Source: Octopus sinensis (lineage: Eukaryota). From it: a DNA stretch of 64,000 bases. The position numbers were made by a program, and so were the translations under genes. The stretch spans positions 39,928,001 to 39,992,000 of the forward strand of contig NC_043007.1 of assembly GCF_006345805.1 (NCBI RefSeq), read 5' to 3'. Positions 39,636 through 52,063 of the stretch are shown here, piece after piece. A model generated the notes under the pieces. That model saw only the letters and a list, made by a program, of their open reading frames with translations, was not told the DNA's origin and did no database searches. Within the stretch, counting starts at the first letter, position 1, and each line of letters starts with the position of its first letter.

Positions 39636-39661
39636 TGCATGCATAAAATTATTGTGTGTAT

Positions 39662-39823
39662 ATAGGAGTGGCTGTGTGGTAAGTAGCTTGCTAGCCAACC
39701 ACATGGTTCCGGGTTCAGTCCCACTGCGTGGCACCTTGGGAAAGTGTCTTCTACTATAGCCTCGGGCCGACCAAAGCCTTGTGAGTGGATTTGGTGGGCG
39801 GAAACTGAAAGAAGCCTGTCGTA

Positions 39824-39897
<74 letters not shown>

Positions 39898-40105
39898 TGG
39901 TGTGTGTGTGTGTGTGTGTGTGTTTGTGTTTGTTACCATAGCATTGCTTGACAACCGATGCTGGTGTGTTTACGTCCCCGTCACTTAGCGGTTCGGCAAA
40001 AGAGACTGATAGAATAAGTACTGGGCTTACAAAGAATAAGTCCCGGGGTCGATTTGCTCGACTAAAGGCGGTGCTCCAGCATGGCCGCAGCATGGCCGCA
40101 GTCAA
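39662..40105 (+). mobile_element. SINE family C, full length, with internal (TA)n(TG)n
   Basis: AGGAGTGGCTGTGTGGTAAG head, GGTTCAGTCCC, microsatellite at about 39820-39930, tail ...CAGCATGGCCGCAG duplicated. Confidence 0.93.
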
Positions 40106-40175
40106 ATATATACATATATATATATATATAAGGTTAATCCAAACGGGAAAACAGAAAAAACAACAACATGGATGT

Positions 40176-40225
<50 letters not shown>

Positions 40226-40382
40226 TTGTATGTGTGAGCTTGCATGTGTGCATGTATTCACACATAAGGATATTTTGACATACTCACGCACACACACGCA
40301 TGTGCACATATATACATGTCCACCAAGCATATTAAGCACAATTACCAACACCTTCATACCCTAGCACCACTCTACAGCCACT

Positions 40383-40425
<43 letters not shown>

Positions 40426-40904
40426 CAACACTTTAACAGGCATTCTTCATTACAAACACCATCCAATGGACATTAATGTCTATGCGTTCACCTTATCACC
40501 CATCACCCCTACCACTGTAATCACCACCACTGCCACAACCACCACCACAACCACCGCCACCAACACCACAGCCTACTCATCACCGCCGCCACCACTACCA
40601 CCCCACCACAATTACCACCGCCTCCACAACAACTACTACTACTACTGCTACCACCACAACCACAACTACCAAAATCACCACCACTATCACCACAATCATA
40701 CCACTACTATTGTTAGAGATGGTGGTGCCGGTGCCATCGCTCTAGCCAACACGACAAAGCGTAATGTCAACTATCGTCACAACCAATACCACCAGCCTAC
40801 ACACACTTATACACACACAGACTCAAACACACACTCATACACACACACACACACTTTCACACATACACACACTCTCACACACACATACACACACACACAC
40901 ACAT

Positions 40905-41160
40905 ATAGGGAGAATTCACAAAAGACAAAAGACCAAGGCAGATGGTGTAGACAACAAACAGATGTATTAGTTTAACGCTCAGGAAATTAAAAAGTCTTTA
41001 ACGTTTCGAGCCTACGCTCTTCTAAAGAATGTGTAGTGGCAAGCGATCTATCATGGCGAATGTCAGACAGAGGGGTCACACAGGAGAGCTAGGAAGAAGG
41101 GGAGAAATTAAACTAGTGGTGATTCTAAAACGAAGGTGCGCGTGCGTGTGTATAAGAGAA
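40905..41160 (-). mobile_element. Penelope-like terminal repeat family P1
   Basis: Homologous to 46290-46530 with an internal deletion; lies downstream of the PLE ORF remnant on the same strand. Confidence 0.75.
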
Positions 41161-41719
41161 TATGTATGTGCGTGTGGAAGAAGGCTGGTGACCTTGACGT
41201 GTGCGTGTGTGTATGTGTAGGTGTGAAGATGTGGGGCTGGGAAGTGGTCAGTGCTAGTGTATGCGTAGTGGTGATGTGATGTGATGTGTTGTGTGGTATG
41301 GTGGTATATAGTGTAGTGGTGTGGTGCGATGGTGTTGGGAGGTGAGGAGGCGAGAGTGGGGAAAGCAAGGGTGGGGTATGGGTTAGGCTGAGGATGGGGT
41401 GGAGATGGGTATATGGGTAGGCAGATGGTGGAGGTAGAGGTGGGGTATGTGGGAGTTGGTGTAAGAGATGGGGTGGGGTGTTATGGGAAGGATAGGGAAG
41501 ATGGGGTTGGAATGTGTAGGGATGGGGTGGGGTGACGAGGGAGGGGTGACGATGAGGGGGAAGGAGAAGGTGGGTAGAAGTGAAGAGAAGTGAGGAGAGT
41601 AGGAATGAAGAGAAGTAGGAGTCAGAGCAAGAGAGAAGAGGTGGGTGGAAGGAAGTAAGTGTGAGGGGCAGAGAGGCGAGGGAAGGAGGATAGATGAAGA
41701 AGGAATCCGGATGGCCGCT

Positions 41720-42515
41720 GTGCAAGGACAATCCGAACACGGACAGGTGTTGCAAAGAGTGACTGGTAGAGCGGAAATCGCGCGGGACCGGTTGGGAGGT
41801 TGGATTAGGGAAGAAGCTGGTCTCGTAGGAAGAGGTCTCGTAGGTTGTGGGCTCGTTTGAAGTAGGGGAGGGGTCGGTTAGGGAAGATGTGCCAAGTGGA
41901 GGAGTCGGTCTGGAGTTGTCGGAAGGTTCAGAGAATGGTGCGTTGGAGAGGTAGAGTGGTGGGATGGAAGGGGGGGGGAATGGGAGACGGGAGACGGTGG
42001 GGCGGGTTCGGGGGACGAGAGCAGATGTACGATCCACGGAAAGTTCTCTGGCAAGGGCGGTGTGAATAGTGGTCAGGGGATATTCAAGTAGGGGGAAGTG
42101 GTGAGCCATGAGTTGAGACTGAGTCTCAAAATCATGGTCGTCACTACAGAACCTACGTAGACGGTGGAATTGGGAGTAGGGGATAGACAGCTTGGTGTGT
42201 TTAGGGTGTGAGGCGGAGAAGTTGAGGTATAAGTGTGAGTGGATGGAGTGGTGTGCGTGGAGCGATGAATGCTGACCGAAATATCAAGAAAGGAGACAGA
42301 GGTGTCAGAGATAGTGCAGAAGAAATGAAGGACAGAATGGAAAAATTTTATATAAGAGAGGAAGGAGTCTAGATGTTCACCGATACAGTCGTCAATAGTT
42401 TGAGAGTGGGACCAGTGAATCTTGAGAATACTTGGGCCTCCATGTAGCTAACGAACAGGTTCGCATAGCTGAGACCCATTCTCGTTCCCATGTGAATGAC
42501 CAAGTGGTTTGGGTG
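41720..42515 (-). mobile_element. Penelope-like element ORF remnant (RT, thumb, Zn linker)
   Basis: MGTRMGLSYANLFVSYME (starts 42491), frameshifted (Y)IDDCIG (42379-42396), SHPKHTKLSIPYSQFHRLRRFCSDD, FKRAHNLRD, CNTC (41743-41754). Stops and frameshifts present. Confidence 0.88.
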
Positions 42516-42679
42516 TTGTACTCAAGATTTCTGGCAAGTGGTGCATTGTGTTCTTGAGCAAAATTACTTCATTTCTCGTTGCCCCAGTCCACTCAAATGT
42601 ACATGGGTAATGCTTCTACGGACTGGTGTTCCATCTACTGGGGTGTTAACCCGCCTTCCAAGCTAGCGACGTGGCATTA

Positions 42680-43020
42680 TGTTCTTTACTACTCTAGACA
42701 CAAGGCCCGAAATTTGGGGGGAGGGGGCCAGTCGATTAGATCGACCCCAGTTCGCAACTGGTGCTTCATTGATTGATCCCGAAAGGATGAAAGGCAAAGT
42801 CGACCTCGGCGGAATTTGGACTCAGAACGTGACGACCGACGGAATACCTATTTCTTTACTACCCACAAGGGGCTAAACACAGAAGGGACAAACAAGGACA
42901 GACAAACGGGTTAAGCCGATTATATCGACTCCAGTGCGTAACTGGTACTTATTTAATCGACCCCCGAAAGGATGAAAGGCAAAGTCGACCTTGGCGAAAT
43001 TTGAACTCACATATATATAT
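42680..43020 (-). mobile_element. SINE B concatemer (two bodies)
   Basis: Two GAAAGGATGAAAGGCAAAGTCGACC units with the same internal junction. Confidence 0.88.
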
Positions 43021-43418
43021 GCACATATGTATGTATATTTATGAGACTACGGCAGCGGTACTGGATATTAATAGTTATCGCCAAGCTAACATGGCAGTCC
43101 AGAAAAATAGGACGAATGCTGCCGTTGATTATCTCCAAGAGGTCATCGCCTCATATATAAATACAAACACACACACACACTCATACATACCTTTCAGGTG
43201 AATGTTTATCACCGAGGAGATCCAATAAGTTCGAAATGACGTGGTCTAATGATCTCAAAGCTACGATGGTAGGAGTTATCTCTCGCTTTCAATAAATTCT
43301 GAGTGGGAAAAGTGCACTGAATAAACCAGCCGGAGGAGATGTCTTCCGGCTGGTTAAAATTGCGGTATCGTCGTCGCTTAGAGAACACGCACGTTAAAGT
43401 AGGGATAAGAACTACCCT

Positions 43419-43481
<63 letters not shown>

Positions 43482-43514
43482 AGATAGATAGATAGATTGA
43501 TAGATAGATAGATT

Positions 43515-43604
<90 letters not shown>

Positions 43605-43964
43605 CAAACAGACAAACAGACAGACATATGTATATATATATAATATCTAAATGTAGGATGCAAAGATCAAGATGTAAGAAGACAATAAGCTTCGAGCAGT
43701 CCGGAAGAAGGTATCTATATATTTCGATCGAATATCCAGCGAGTCAGCATGGGATCCCTTGACGATTATATAAAGGTATCTTTCTCCTGACGAGTAGCTA
43801 GCAGATTATCCCTCGTTTGGATCAGTACTACTTCCGAGGATTCCCCAATTTTGATTCCCTAATTTTGGAGATGTATGTGACAATTATGTAAAAAAACTTT
43901 TTTGAATTCATAATATTCAATGTGGCAATTATGTAAAAAACTTTTTTGAATCCATAATATTCAA

Positions 43965-44052
43965 TGTTACTTTTGTCAATCTTTTACCAAAGAGTGAAAC
44001 CGGTTAAGTAAATAAACATCTTTTAAATTGCATTTTCAAACCTTCTTTCGTA
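43965..44052 (+). mobile_element. Penelope-like terminal repeat family P2 with hammerhead-like motif
   Basis: ACTT-TTGTCAA-(16 nt)-GAAAC-CG-GTT-AAGT (43969-44009), then AATAAA; homolog of 18693-18790. Confidence 0.65.
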
Positions 44053-44090
44053 TATAATTCCACTCGTGCGATACCTCACAACTCAACTTT

Positions 44091-44147
<57 letters not shown>

Positions 44148-44225
44148 TTATAATAAAAGGGTAAAATCAATAAGCATTTTACCAGGTTGTCAGTGAGGAA
44201 ATAAAAACCTCATAGGTAAATTTTA

Positions 44226-44417
44226 AAAAATATTTGTAATTATATACATGTTTATAACAAGGAATCGGCTTTACGCCTTACCTCGCACTGAAAGAAACAG
44301 ACACTAAAGCCCGGTAATGGGTGGTAATAGGGGCTTTAGCGTCTATTTCTTGCAGTGCGTGGTGAGGCTTAAAGCTGATCCCTTGTTATAATTATGTATA
44401 TAATTATAAAATATTTT
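44226..44417. repeat. Long imperfect inverted repeat (about 87-bp arms, 18-nt spacer)
   Basis: 44226-44312 pairs with 44331-44417, e.g. CGCACTGAAAGAAACAGACACTAAAGCCC versus GGGCTTTAGCGTCTATTTCTTGCAGTGCG. Confidence 0.88.
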
Positions 44418-44431
44418 GTGTGTGTGTGTGT

Positions 44432-44482
<51 letters not shown>

Positions 44483-44518
44483 CATACGTATATATATATA
44501 ATATATATTATATATATA

Positions 44519-44558
<40 letters not shown>

Positions 44559-44689
44559 CATATATTATATACATTATATAGATACATATATATATTGTGA
44601 TGTGCATATGTGATGTGTCTGTGTGCATAAACGATAGTATCACATAGTAATATGTGTGCTCGACGCAGAATTTGGTGGATATTTTTACA

Positions 44690-45075
44690 TTTTATCTTTC
44701 ATTTGTTTCGGTTATTAAACTGCGGCCATGCTGGAGTACCACATTGAAGAATTTTAGTTTTGAGACTCGAACCCCGTACTCATTTTTATTTCGAATGCCT
44801 GGTTGGTTTCTTTCGCTGGACCTCTAAATTGCGAGTACATGAACACACCAACACCGGTTGTCAAACAGTGGTTGGGAACAAACACAAGTACAAACACACA
44901 CACACGCACAAACATTTATATGTATATACACACTCACATACGACGGGCTTCTTTCAGTTTCCGTCTACCTAGTCCATTCACAAAACTTTAGTCGGCCTGA
45001 AGTCATAGTAGAAAGCACTCAATCAAGGTCCCATGCAGTGAGACTGAACTCGGAATTATGTAGCTAGAAAAATTA
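44690..45075 (-). mobile_element. SINE family C, decayed
   Basis: Both halves are recognisable around a short (CA)n. Confidence 0.75.
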
Positions 45076-45110
45076 ATTTTTTCTACACATTTATAGATCA
45101 ATAATAATCT

Positions 45111-45503
45111 TTTCTACTTTCGGCACAAGGCCCGAAATTTGGGGAGAAGGGGCCAGTCAACTAGATCGACCTCAGTACGCAACTGTTACTTAATTTATCG
45201 ACCCCGAAAGATGAAAGCAAGGTCGACATCGGCGGAATTTGAATTCAGAACGTGTAGACAGACGAAATACCTATTTCTTTACTATCCACAAGGGGCTAAA
45301 CAGAGAGGGGACAAACAAGGACAGACAAACGGATTAAGTCGATTATATCGACTCCAGTGCGTAACTGGTACTTATTTAATCAACCCCGAAAGGATGAAAG
45401 GCAAAGTCGACCTTGGCGGCATTTGAACTCAGAACGTGCGGACAGACGAAATACCGCTAAGCATTTCGGCCGGCGTGCTAACGTTTCTGCCAGCTCTCCG
45501 CCT
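45111..45503 (-). mobile_element. SINE B with one internal tandem unit
   Basis: Head at about 45450-45503, two bodies, GCACAAGGCCCGAAATTT-type terminal tail. Confidence 0.88.
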
Positions 45504-46050
45504 CCAATAATAATATCAAAGGATTCACGTGACAAAAATTTCATAATCCTACAAGCGTTCTGATTAAGAACGTTGGTAACTGCCTCCATTTTAAATGAGA
45601 TAGCTACACGAAACAATTGGTGGCATAGTAGCTAGGTTAATCCCTAAATATATTATACTCAAATTATGTGTGGAGGTATGTGTGTATGTGTGACTGTGTT
45701 TATGTGTTTATACGGATACATGTATAACGACGAGCAGTATATGATTGGTGAGGGTATATAAGTAGTCAAAATGTTACCATCGGTTTCGTGCTGACCATTG
45801 CATTTAGCAATATTCAAGGCACTTCAGGTGTGGTGTTTTATATATATAGATATTTGCGACGAGGTTCTTTCAGTTTCCATCAAGCAAATCCACTAACAAG
45901 GCCTTGTTCAGCCCGAGGCTATAGAAGATGACACTTGCTTAAGTTGTCACGTAGTAAGACTGCACCCGGAACCATGGCATTGGTAAGAAAGCTACATACC
46001 ACACAGCCACTCCTGCCCCCACATCATATATATAATATATATATATATAT

Positions 46051-46117
<67 letters not shown>

Positions 46118-46155
46118 ATATACATTATATATATATATAATATATACATATATAC

Positions 46156-46191
<36 letters not shown>

Positions 46192-46210
46192 TAATTATAT
46201 ATATACATAC

Positions 46211-46251
<41 letters not shown>

Positions 46252-46289
46252 CTTAAATATATATATGTATGTATGTATGTATGTACGTA

Positions 46290-46530
46290 TATAGGGAGAT
46301 TTCACAAAATAAAAGCAAAAGACGAAGACAGGTAGTATAGAAAACAAACGGATGTATTAGTATAACGCTCGGGAAGTGAAGAAGTCTTTAACGTTTCGAG
46401 CCTACGCTCTTCAACAGAAAGGAACACAGAAAGAAACAAGGAGAGAAAATAAAGAATGTGTAGTGGCTAGCGATCTATCTTGGCGAATGCCAGACGGAAG
46501 GGTCACACAGGAGAGATAGGAAGAAGGGGA
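46290..46530 (-). mobile_element. Penelope-like terminal repeat family P1
   Basis: Best-preserved P1 copy; hammerhead-like motif at 46386-46421. Confidence 0.75.
46386..46421 (-). ncRNA. Minimal hammerhead-ribozyme-like motif (A6 replaced by U)
   Basis: CTTT-CTGTTGA-A-GAGC-GTAG-GCTC-GAAAC-GTT-AAAG: 4-bp stem I and 4-bp stem II with a tetraloop. Confidence 0.5.
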
Positions 46531-46565
46531 TGTAATATCATGAAGAATATATATATATATATATA

Positions 46566-46800
46566 TTTAATCAATATAGGGTAGCAAAGAATTCAATAGA
46601 AATTTTTTCGCCACCAGCGGTCTAGTGAGAAAGAGAAAATAGTCAGAGACTATATATATAAATTCAACAACAATTGAGGAACGGCTTCAATAGGCCATTA
46701 ATTTCTGAATTACTACTACTGGGCGGTTTGAGTCCTGGCTGCTCTTTCTAGTGGGTCGAATGGCCTATTGAGGCCGTTCCTCAATTGTTGTTGAATATAT
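46566..46800. mobile_element. (TA)n-flanked repeat with internal inverted repeat
   Basis: TTCAACAACAATTGAGGAACGGCTTCAATAGGCCATT (about 46663-46699) is the inverted copy of AATGGCCTATTGAGGCCGTTCCTCAATTGTTGTTGAA (about 46759-46795). The ends match 4509-4955. Confidence 0.7.
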
Positions 46801-46802
46801 AT

Positions 46803-46848
<46 letters not shown>

Positions 46849-47604
46849 GAGAGAGAGAGAGAGGGAGAGAGAGAGAGGGAGAGGAGAAAGAGATACATGC
46901 ATACATACAATCATACATACATACATATGCATATTTACATACATACAAATTTGCATATTATATATATGTGCGTAGATAGATAAATAGATAGACAGACATA
47001 CAGATAGGCGGAAGCATATGTCCACAGACGTTCTAGTGTGCTCAGACAATCATATCATCTTTTCCTTAATGACATTCGATTTTTGGACATATTCTCCATA
47101 CCTGAGACCGTCTCACCTTCTCATTTAGAGCTGGTACCAATTGCCTGTAAACGATTGGTTCTACTGTCCCTGGAAGCGAGGACAGTTTCAATAAATCAAA
47201 AATTTATCCTCTATCTTATTTAATACACCTTTATTTGTCTATGCTATTCTAATATATACCGTTGGCCACTCTGCGTTATGTATCTAAGGATTTCTCTCCC
47301 CCACCCCACCTCTGTCTTTCTCACTCCCTCTATGTCTCTTTCTCTCTCTCTCCCTCTCTCTCACACAATTACTACATATATATATATATATATACATGTA
47401 TTAGGAATAATAAAAACACAAACACATACTCATACACGTACACACATACGCACACACACACACATATATATATATATACATATATAAATACATATATATA
47501 TATATGTATGTATTTACATACACACACATACACATATATATTCAAAGCGCTTACACATACACAATTCAAACAAATAAGCGGATATCCATATGCAAAATCA
47601 CTCG

Positions 47605-47645
<41 letters not shown>

Positions 47646-47856
47646 TCATACACACATCACATCACACTAGTCTTTGCGTATATGAATATCTGTTAGCGTA
47701 TGATGTGGTGTCATGTAGACTGGTGTGTGTATGTGTGTGTGTGTGTGTGTGTGTTTGTGTGCGCATGTGTGACGATTGCATTAGAGAACTGTTGCGTTTT
47801 AACTTCCATGTATGCATATATACATACATACACAAACATATACGTATACGTATGTA

Positions 47857-47887
<31 letters not shown>

Positions 47888-48149
47888 TCACATAAACACG
47901 TACATTCACATACCCATACACGAATGTATATGCGTGTATATATTTATACATGAATCAAAGTAGAGAGTAACTAAACCAACATACACATAAACAAACAAAT
48001 GGGCAAAAAGAAAGTAAATACACTATATACAAAATACACAATGTGTATGTTCGTGTGCGTGTGTGTGTGCGCATATGTGTGTGCGTATTTGTGCGTGCGT
48101 GTGTGTGTGTTTGTGTGTGTGTGCGTGTGTGTGTGTGTGTGCGTGTGTG

Positions 48150-48210
<61 letters not shown>

Positions 48211-49243
48211 AGAAATAGACAACTATAATAAAATGACAATATTGAAGTCAACTACTGGAACATGTCGGTCAATGAACGACGCTTATTCTAGATGTTTCGC
48301 TTTTCAATACATTCTGTAAAGAATTATTGCTATTAATTCACTATTCTGATTCTGACAGACTCTCTGTGATGCTTACTCAGTGTTGTTGTTGTTGTCGTTG
48401 TTATTGTTATTGTTACTGTAAGCTGTTGTTGGTGTTTGTCTTAATGTCGGTGGTGGCAGCGACGATGGCCTGGTCGTTTTATTATAGTTATTTATTTATT
48501 CATTTATTTATTTATTTATTTGTGTTTTTACCTTTACCGCCATTAAATCAATGGCGAAAAGTAAGACGAACAACAATATATTTTTCTATCACATGTAGCT
48601 GTTGTTGTTGTTGTTGTTATTGTTGTTGTGCTGCTGCTGGTGGTGGTAGCGCCGGTAGTGATGTTGCAGTTGTTGTTGTTGTTGCAGTTGTTGTTGTTGC
48701 TGTTGCTGTTGTTGCTCTCCTGTCTTTGTATATAGAACTTGCATCCATCTCGCTGTTTCAATAAAATGTCTCCATTCTTGCATTAGCAAATGTGTCAAAT
48801 GCTTGTATCTATTGATCTATATATCTCTCTCTCTCTATCTGTCTATCTCTCCCTTTATATGTATATCTTTTTATCTGTCTGTCTGTCTGTCTGTCTTTAT
48901 ACTTATTTATCTTGTTTGCCTTTCTATCTATTCATCGGTCTCTCTGTCTAATTATTATGTATGTATGTATGTATGTATGTATGTATGTATGTATGTATCT
49001 ATGTATGTATGTATATATGTATCTATCTATTTATCTATCTATGTGCCTCTGTGTGTGTGTGTGTGTGTGTGTGTGTATAACGACGATGATCCATCATGGA
49101 CGCCGCTCTCGAGTTGAAATGAGTAAAGAAAAAATGTAATCTCTCTCTGTGTATACATATAAATACGTGCACACACGCACACACACACATACACATACAT
49201 GCACACAGACACACAGACACACACACATACACACACACACACA

Positions 49244-49281
<38 letters not shown>

Positions 49282-49295
49282 TATACACATACATA

Positions 49296-49765
49296 CTGTG
49301 GAGTGGAGTGAAAGCATTTCAAGGGGCCAGGATAGCGCAAGTAAACCTCAAAAGAGATCTAAAGAAGGGTGTAGCGATCGAGAAGGTGAATGACAATGAC
49401 CTTTTTGTCTGCACAGTCTGTGACAGACAATGCCTGTCTTTTGCTGGCTTCAAATCTTATCTGCGAACGCATGGAAAACAAACCCCTACCAACTATTCTG
49501 CCTATATGACTGTGCACACCTTTGAATGTAGTGTATGCCAGAAGGTTTGCAAATCCAACGGAGGACACAAGAGACATTTTTAGATCCACAAAGAATAGAA
49601 CTTATCTGCAGCTCATGGTGGTCCAAATCAGAGGTGCAATCTATGTGGGTGTCTTTTCAGAACATTGCCTGGTTTAAAAAGCCACATCAGAATGCCATGA
49701 TGGTGCTAAGGTGGTGGTACAGGACGTGGTCAAACTCTGCATAAAGAGTAGACAACCACCATATA
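49296..49765 (+). mobile_element. RTE-clade LINE 3' end with three C2H2-type fingers (pseudogenised)
   Basis: WSGVKAFQGARIAQVNLKRDLKK, then CTVC...LRTH, CSVC...RHF*IH and, in another frame, CNLC...KSHIR. Short RTE-like tail before (TA)n. Confidence 0.7.
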
Positions 49766-49819
49766 GATGCTGCATATTCTATATTATATATTATGTATGT
49801 GTATACCTGTGTGAGGAGA

Positions 49820-49863
<44 letters not shown>

Positions 49864-50575
49864 CACTGCTTTTGCATGTATGTGAATGTGGGTACATGCT
49901 TGTGCTTCCGTCTTCTTTACAAAAATCTCTCTCAGCTCATTCCCTACTTTTCTCCCGCCCTATTACTCTCTCTCTCTCTCTCTCCTTCTCTTCCTCTATC
50001 GTCTCTCTCTCTCTCTCTCTTTCTCTTTCTCTTTTTCTCTCCTTCTCATTCCAAACGACGTCTTTACACCCCTGTCATAACAATCTCTCTATACATTGTC
50101 TGATATAATTGACCAATCTTACTGGACTCTTGTCAACAGACACAATTATCACAAACATTTTTAAATCACCCCTCATCTCCACTCCTTATCTTTTTGTAAT
50201 TTTCTTGCAATTATGATCTTTCACGTTCTTTCTTTTTCCATTCTTTCTTTCGCTTTTTTTCATATTTTTCTCTCTTTTAACGTTTTTTATTTATTATTTT
50301 TCCTTTCTGCTTTCAATTTCTTGATATTTTTTCCCTTTCTTGCGTTCTTCCTTTCCCTCTTTTATAAACTTGATTTTATTTTTCTGTCTCTTAAGCCGAT
50401 GGATTCGTAGAATCATTAGAACATCGAACAAAATACTCAGCGTTATTTGTTTCGAGTCTTTGATATTCTTAGTTTGAATTCTACTGAGTTCAACTTGACC
50501 TTTTATCCTTCCAGGTCGATGAGGTAAAGTAACAGTCAAATACTAGGGTTGATGGCACTGATTAAAGACCTGAAG

Positions 50576-51132
50576 CATTACCAGGCAGTGACTCTCGTGG
50601 CTTCTGATCATAACTTATTGGAAGTGTCATCATATACATTGATTTGTCTCGGCATAAGAGATGGGCTACAGCAAATATTCTGCTTAATACCACAGATTTG
50701 CTTGTAAATTGTTTGACCTTAACCAGTTGCCATGTCCTTTAGTGGCTGACGATATGTGCATCTCTGATCACGAGCAGAAGTAGTGGGGGAGCATCGTAGC
50801 CATGTGTTGAGAGGGATTCTTTGGAGTTTGAATAATTCACCTCTGGAAACATGGGTGCTTCATTCAACATCCTTAAACAACCCTTATTTCAGCGTTGGAA
50901 AAACATGCCTTTTGAGCAAGATGGACTACTCGACCAGAAGAAAATTCTAACTGGGTCCCACCTGCAAATTCATCTGCTCTTTATCTTGATATGAGATCAC
51001 CATGTCGCGCACATATGGTTGTGATGCATGTGCCTGGTGTACCTTTATCAGACGGGTAGTCATGATGGGTGTACTGAACTTCGTATATTTTACCCCAGTG
51101 TCACTTTGATGGCATGAACTGCTCTCTCACTC

Positions 51133-51134
<2 letters not shown>
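50576..51134 (+). mobile_element. Repeat family G with (AAT)n tail
   Basis: Homolog of 17443-17930; ends CTCTCTCACTC(AAT)n. Confidence 0.85.
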
Positions 51135-51200
<66 letters not shown>

Positions 51201-51214
51201 TGATAATAAATAAT

Positions 51215-51426
51215 AGTTTCAAATTTGGCACAAGGCCAGCAATTTCGGGGGAAGGGAGTAAGTCGATTACAATGTAATCGACTTACTCCATCGCGCCTGA
51301 TACTTAATTTCACGACCCCGAAACGATGAAAGACAAAGTCGACCTCGATGGAATATGAACTGAGAACGCACGAACGGCCGTAATACCGCAAAGCATTTTG
51401 CCCGGGGTGCTAACGATTCTGCTAGC

Positions 51427-51427
<1 letters not shown>
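51215..51427 (-). mobile_element. SINE B embedded in (AAT)n
   Basis: B consensus with (AAT)n on both sides. Confidence 0.8.
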
Positions 51428-51517
<90 letters not shown>

Positions 51518-51703
51518 TATAATAATAATACAATTGCAGCGTGGAAGGTGTTTATAAGCCATTTAAGAAACGCACAAAAGCCGTTCGATTCACTTCAACA
51601 TTTAAGTTTAATTTGTCAAAATATTTTCGTCGCTAAAATCCGCGACCTGTTCACTGACAAAAATCCGTGCTGCAGAGTGAAACAAGTAAGAGAGTAAAAG
51701 AGT

Positions 51704-51778
<75 letters not shown>

Positions 51779-51779
51779 T

Positions 51780-51957
51780 ATATGTATATATATTATATTA
51801 AATTAGAGATAAAACCACTATTAGGCAAATCAAACAGTGAAAAACATAAGCCAATTACATAAAATTAATTTAAAATATAAAAGTTAAAAATAAAAAATTA
51901 TTTAAATAATTTAACTTATAAATTTTATATATATATATATATACAAATTATATATAT

Positions 51958-51988
<31 letters not shown>

Positions 51989-52032
51989 GTATATTTTTAT
52001 ATTTATATATTATTTTATTTATTAATTAATTA

Positions 52033-52063
<31 letters not shown>

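Noticed and set aside
41108-42109. 333-aa ORF, the longest in the track, as a host gene
   Set aside because: It is partly an off-frame reading of the PLE remnant and partly pyrimidine-rich low complexity.
43324-43412. 11-bp-stem hairpin followed by CTAG as a second Helitron end
   Set aside because: The hairpin lies about 50 nt from CTAG, too far for a typical terminus, and no 5' end is identifiable.
43775-43820. CTGACGAG and other isolated CTGATGA motifs (12178, 12234, 31691)
   Set aside because: No correctly placed GAAA or stem III follows.
47105-47190. Candidate minus-strand micro-exon with AAG|GTGAGA donor
   Set aside because: The acceptor is weak, there is no recognisable protein motif, and no partner exons are evident.
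49149-49583. Host C2H2 zinc-finger gene
   Set aside because: There are no TGEKP-type linkers, the upstream helix and 3' tail are RTE-like, and the reading frame is disrupted. Treated as a LINE end.
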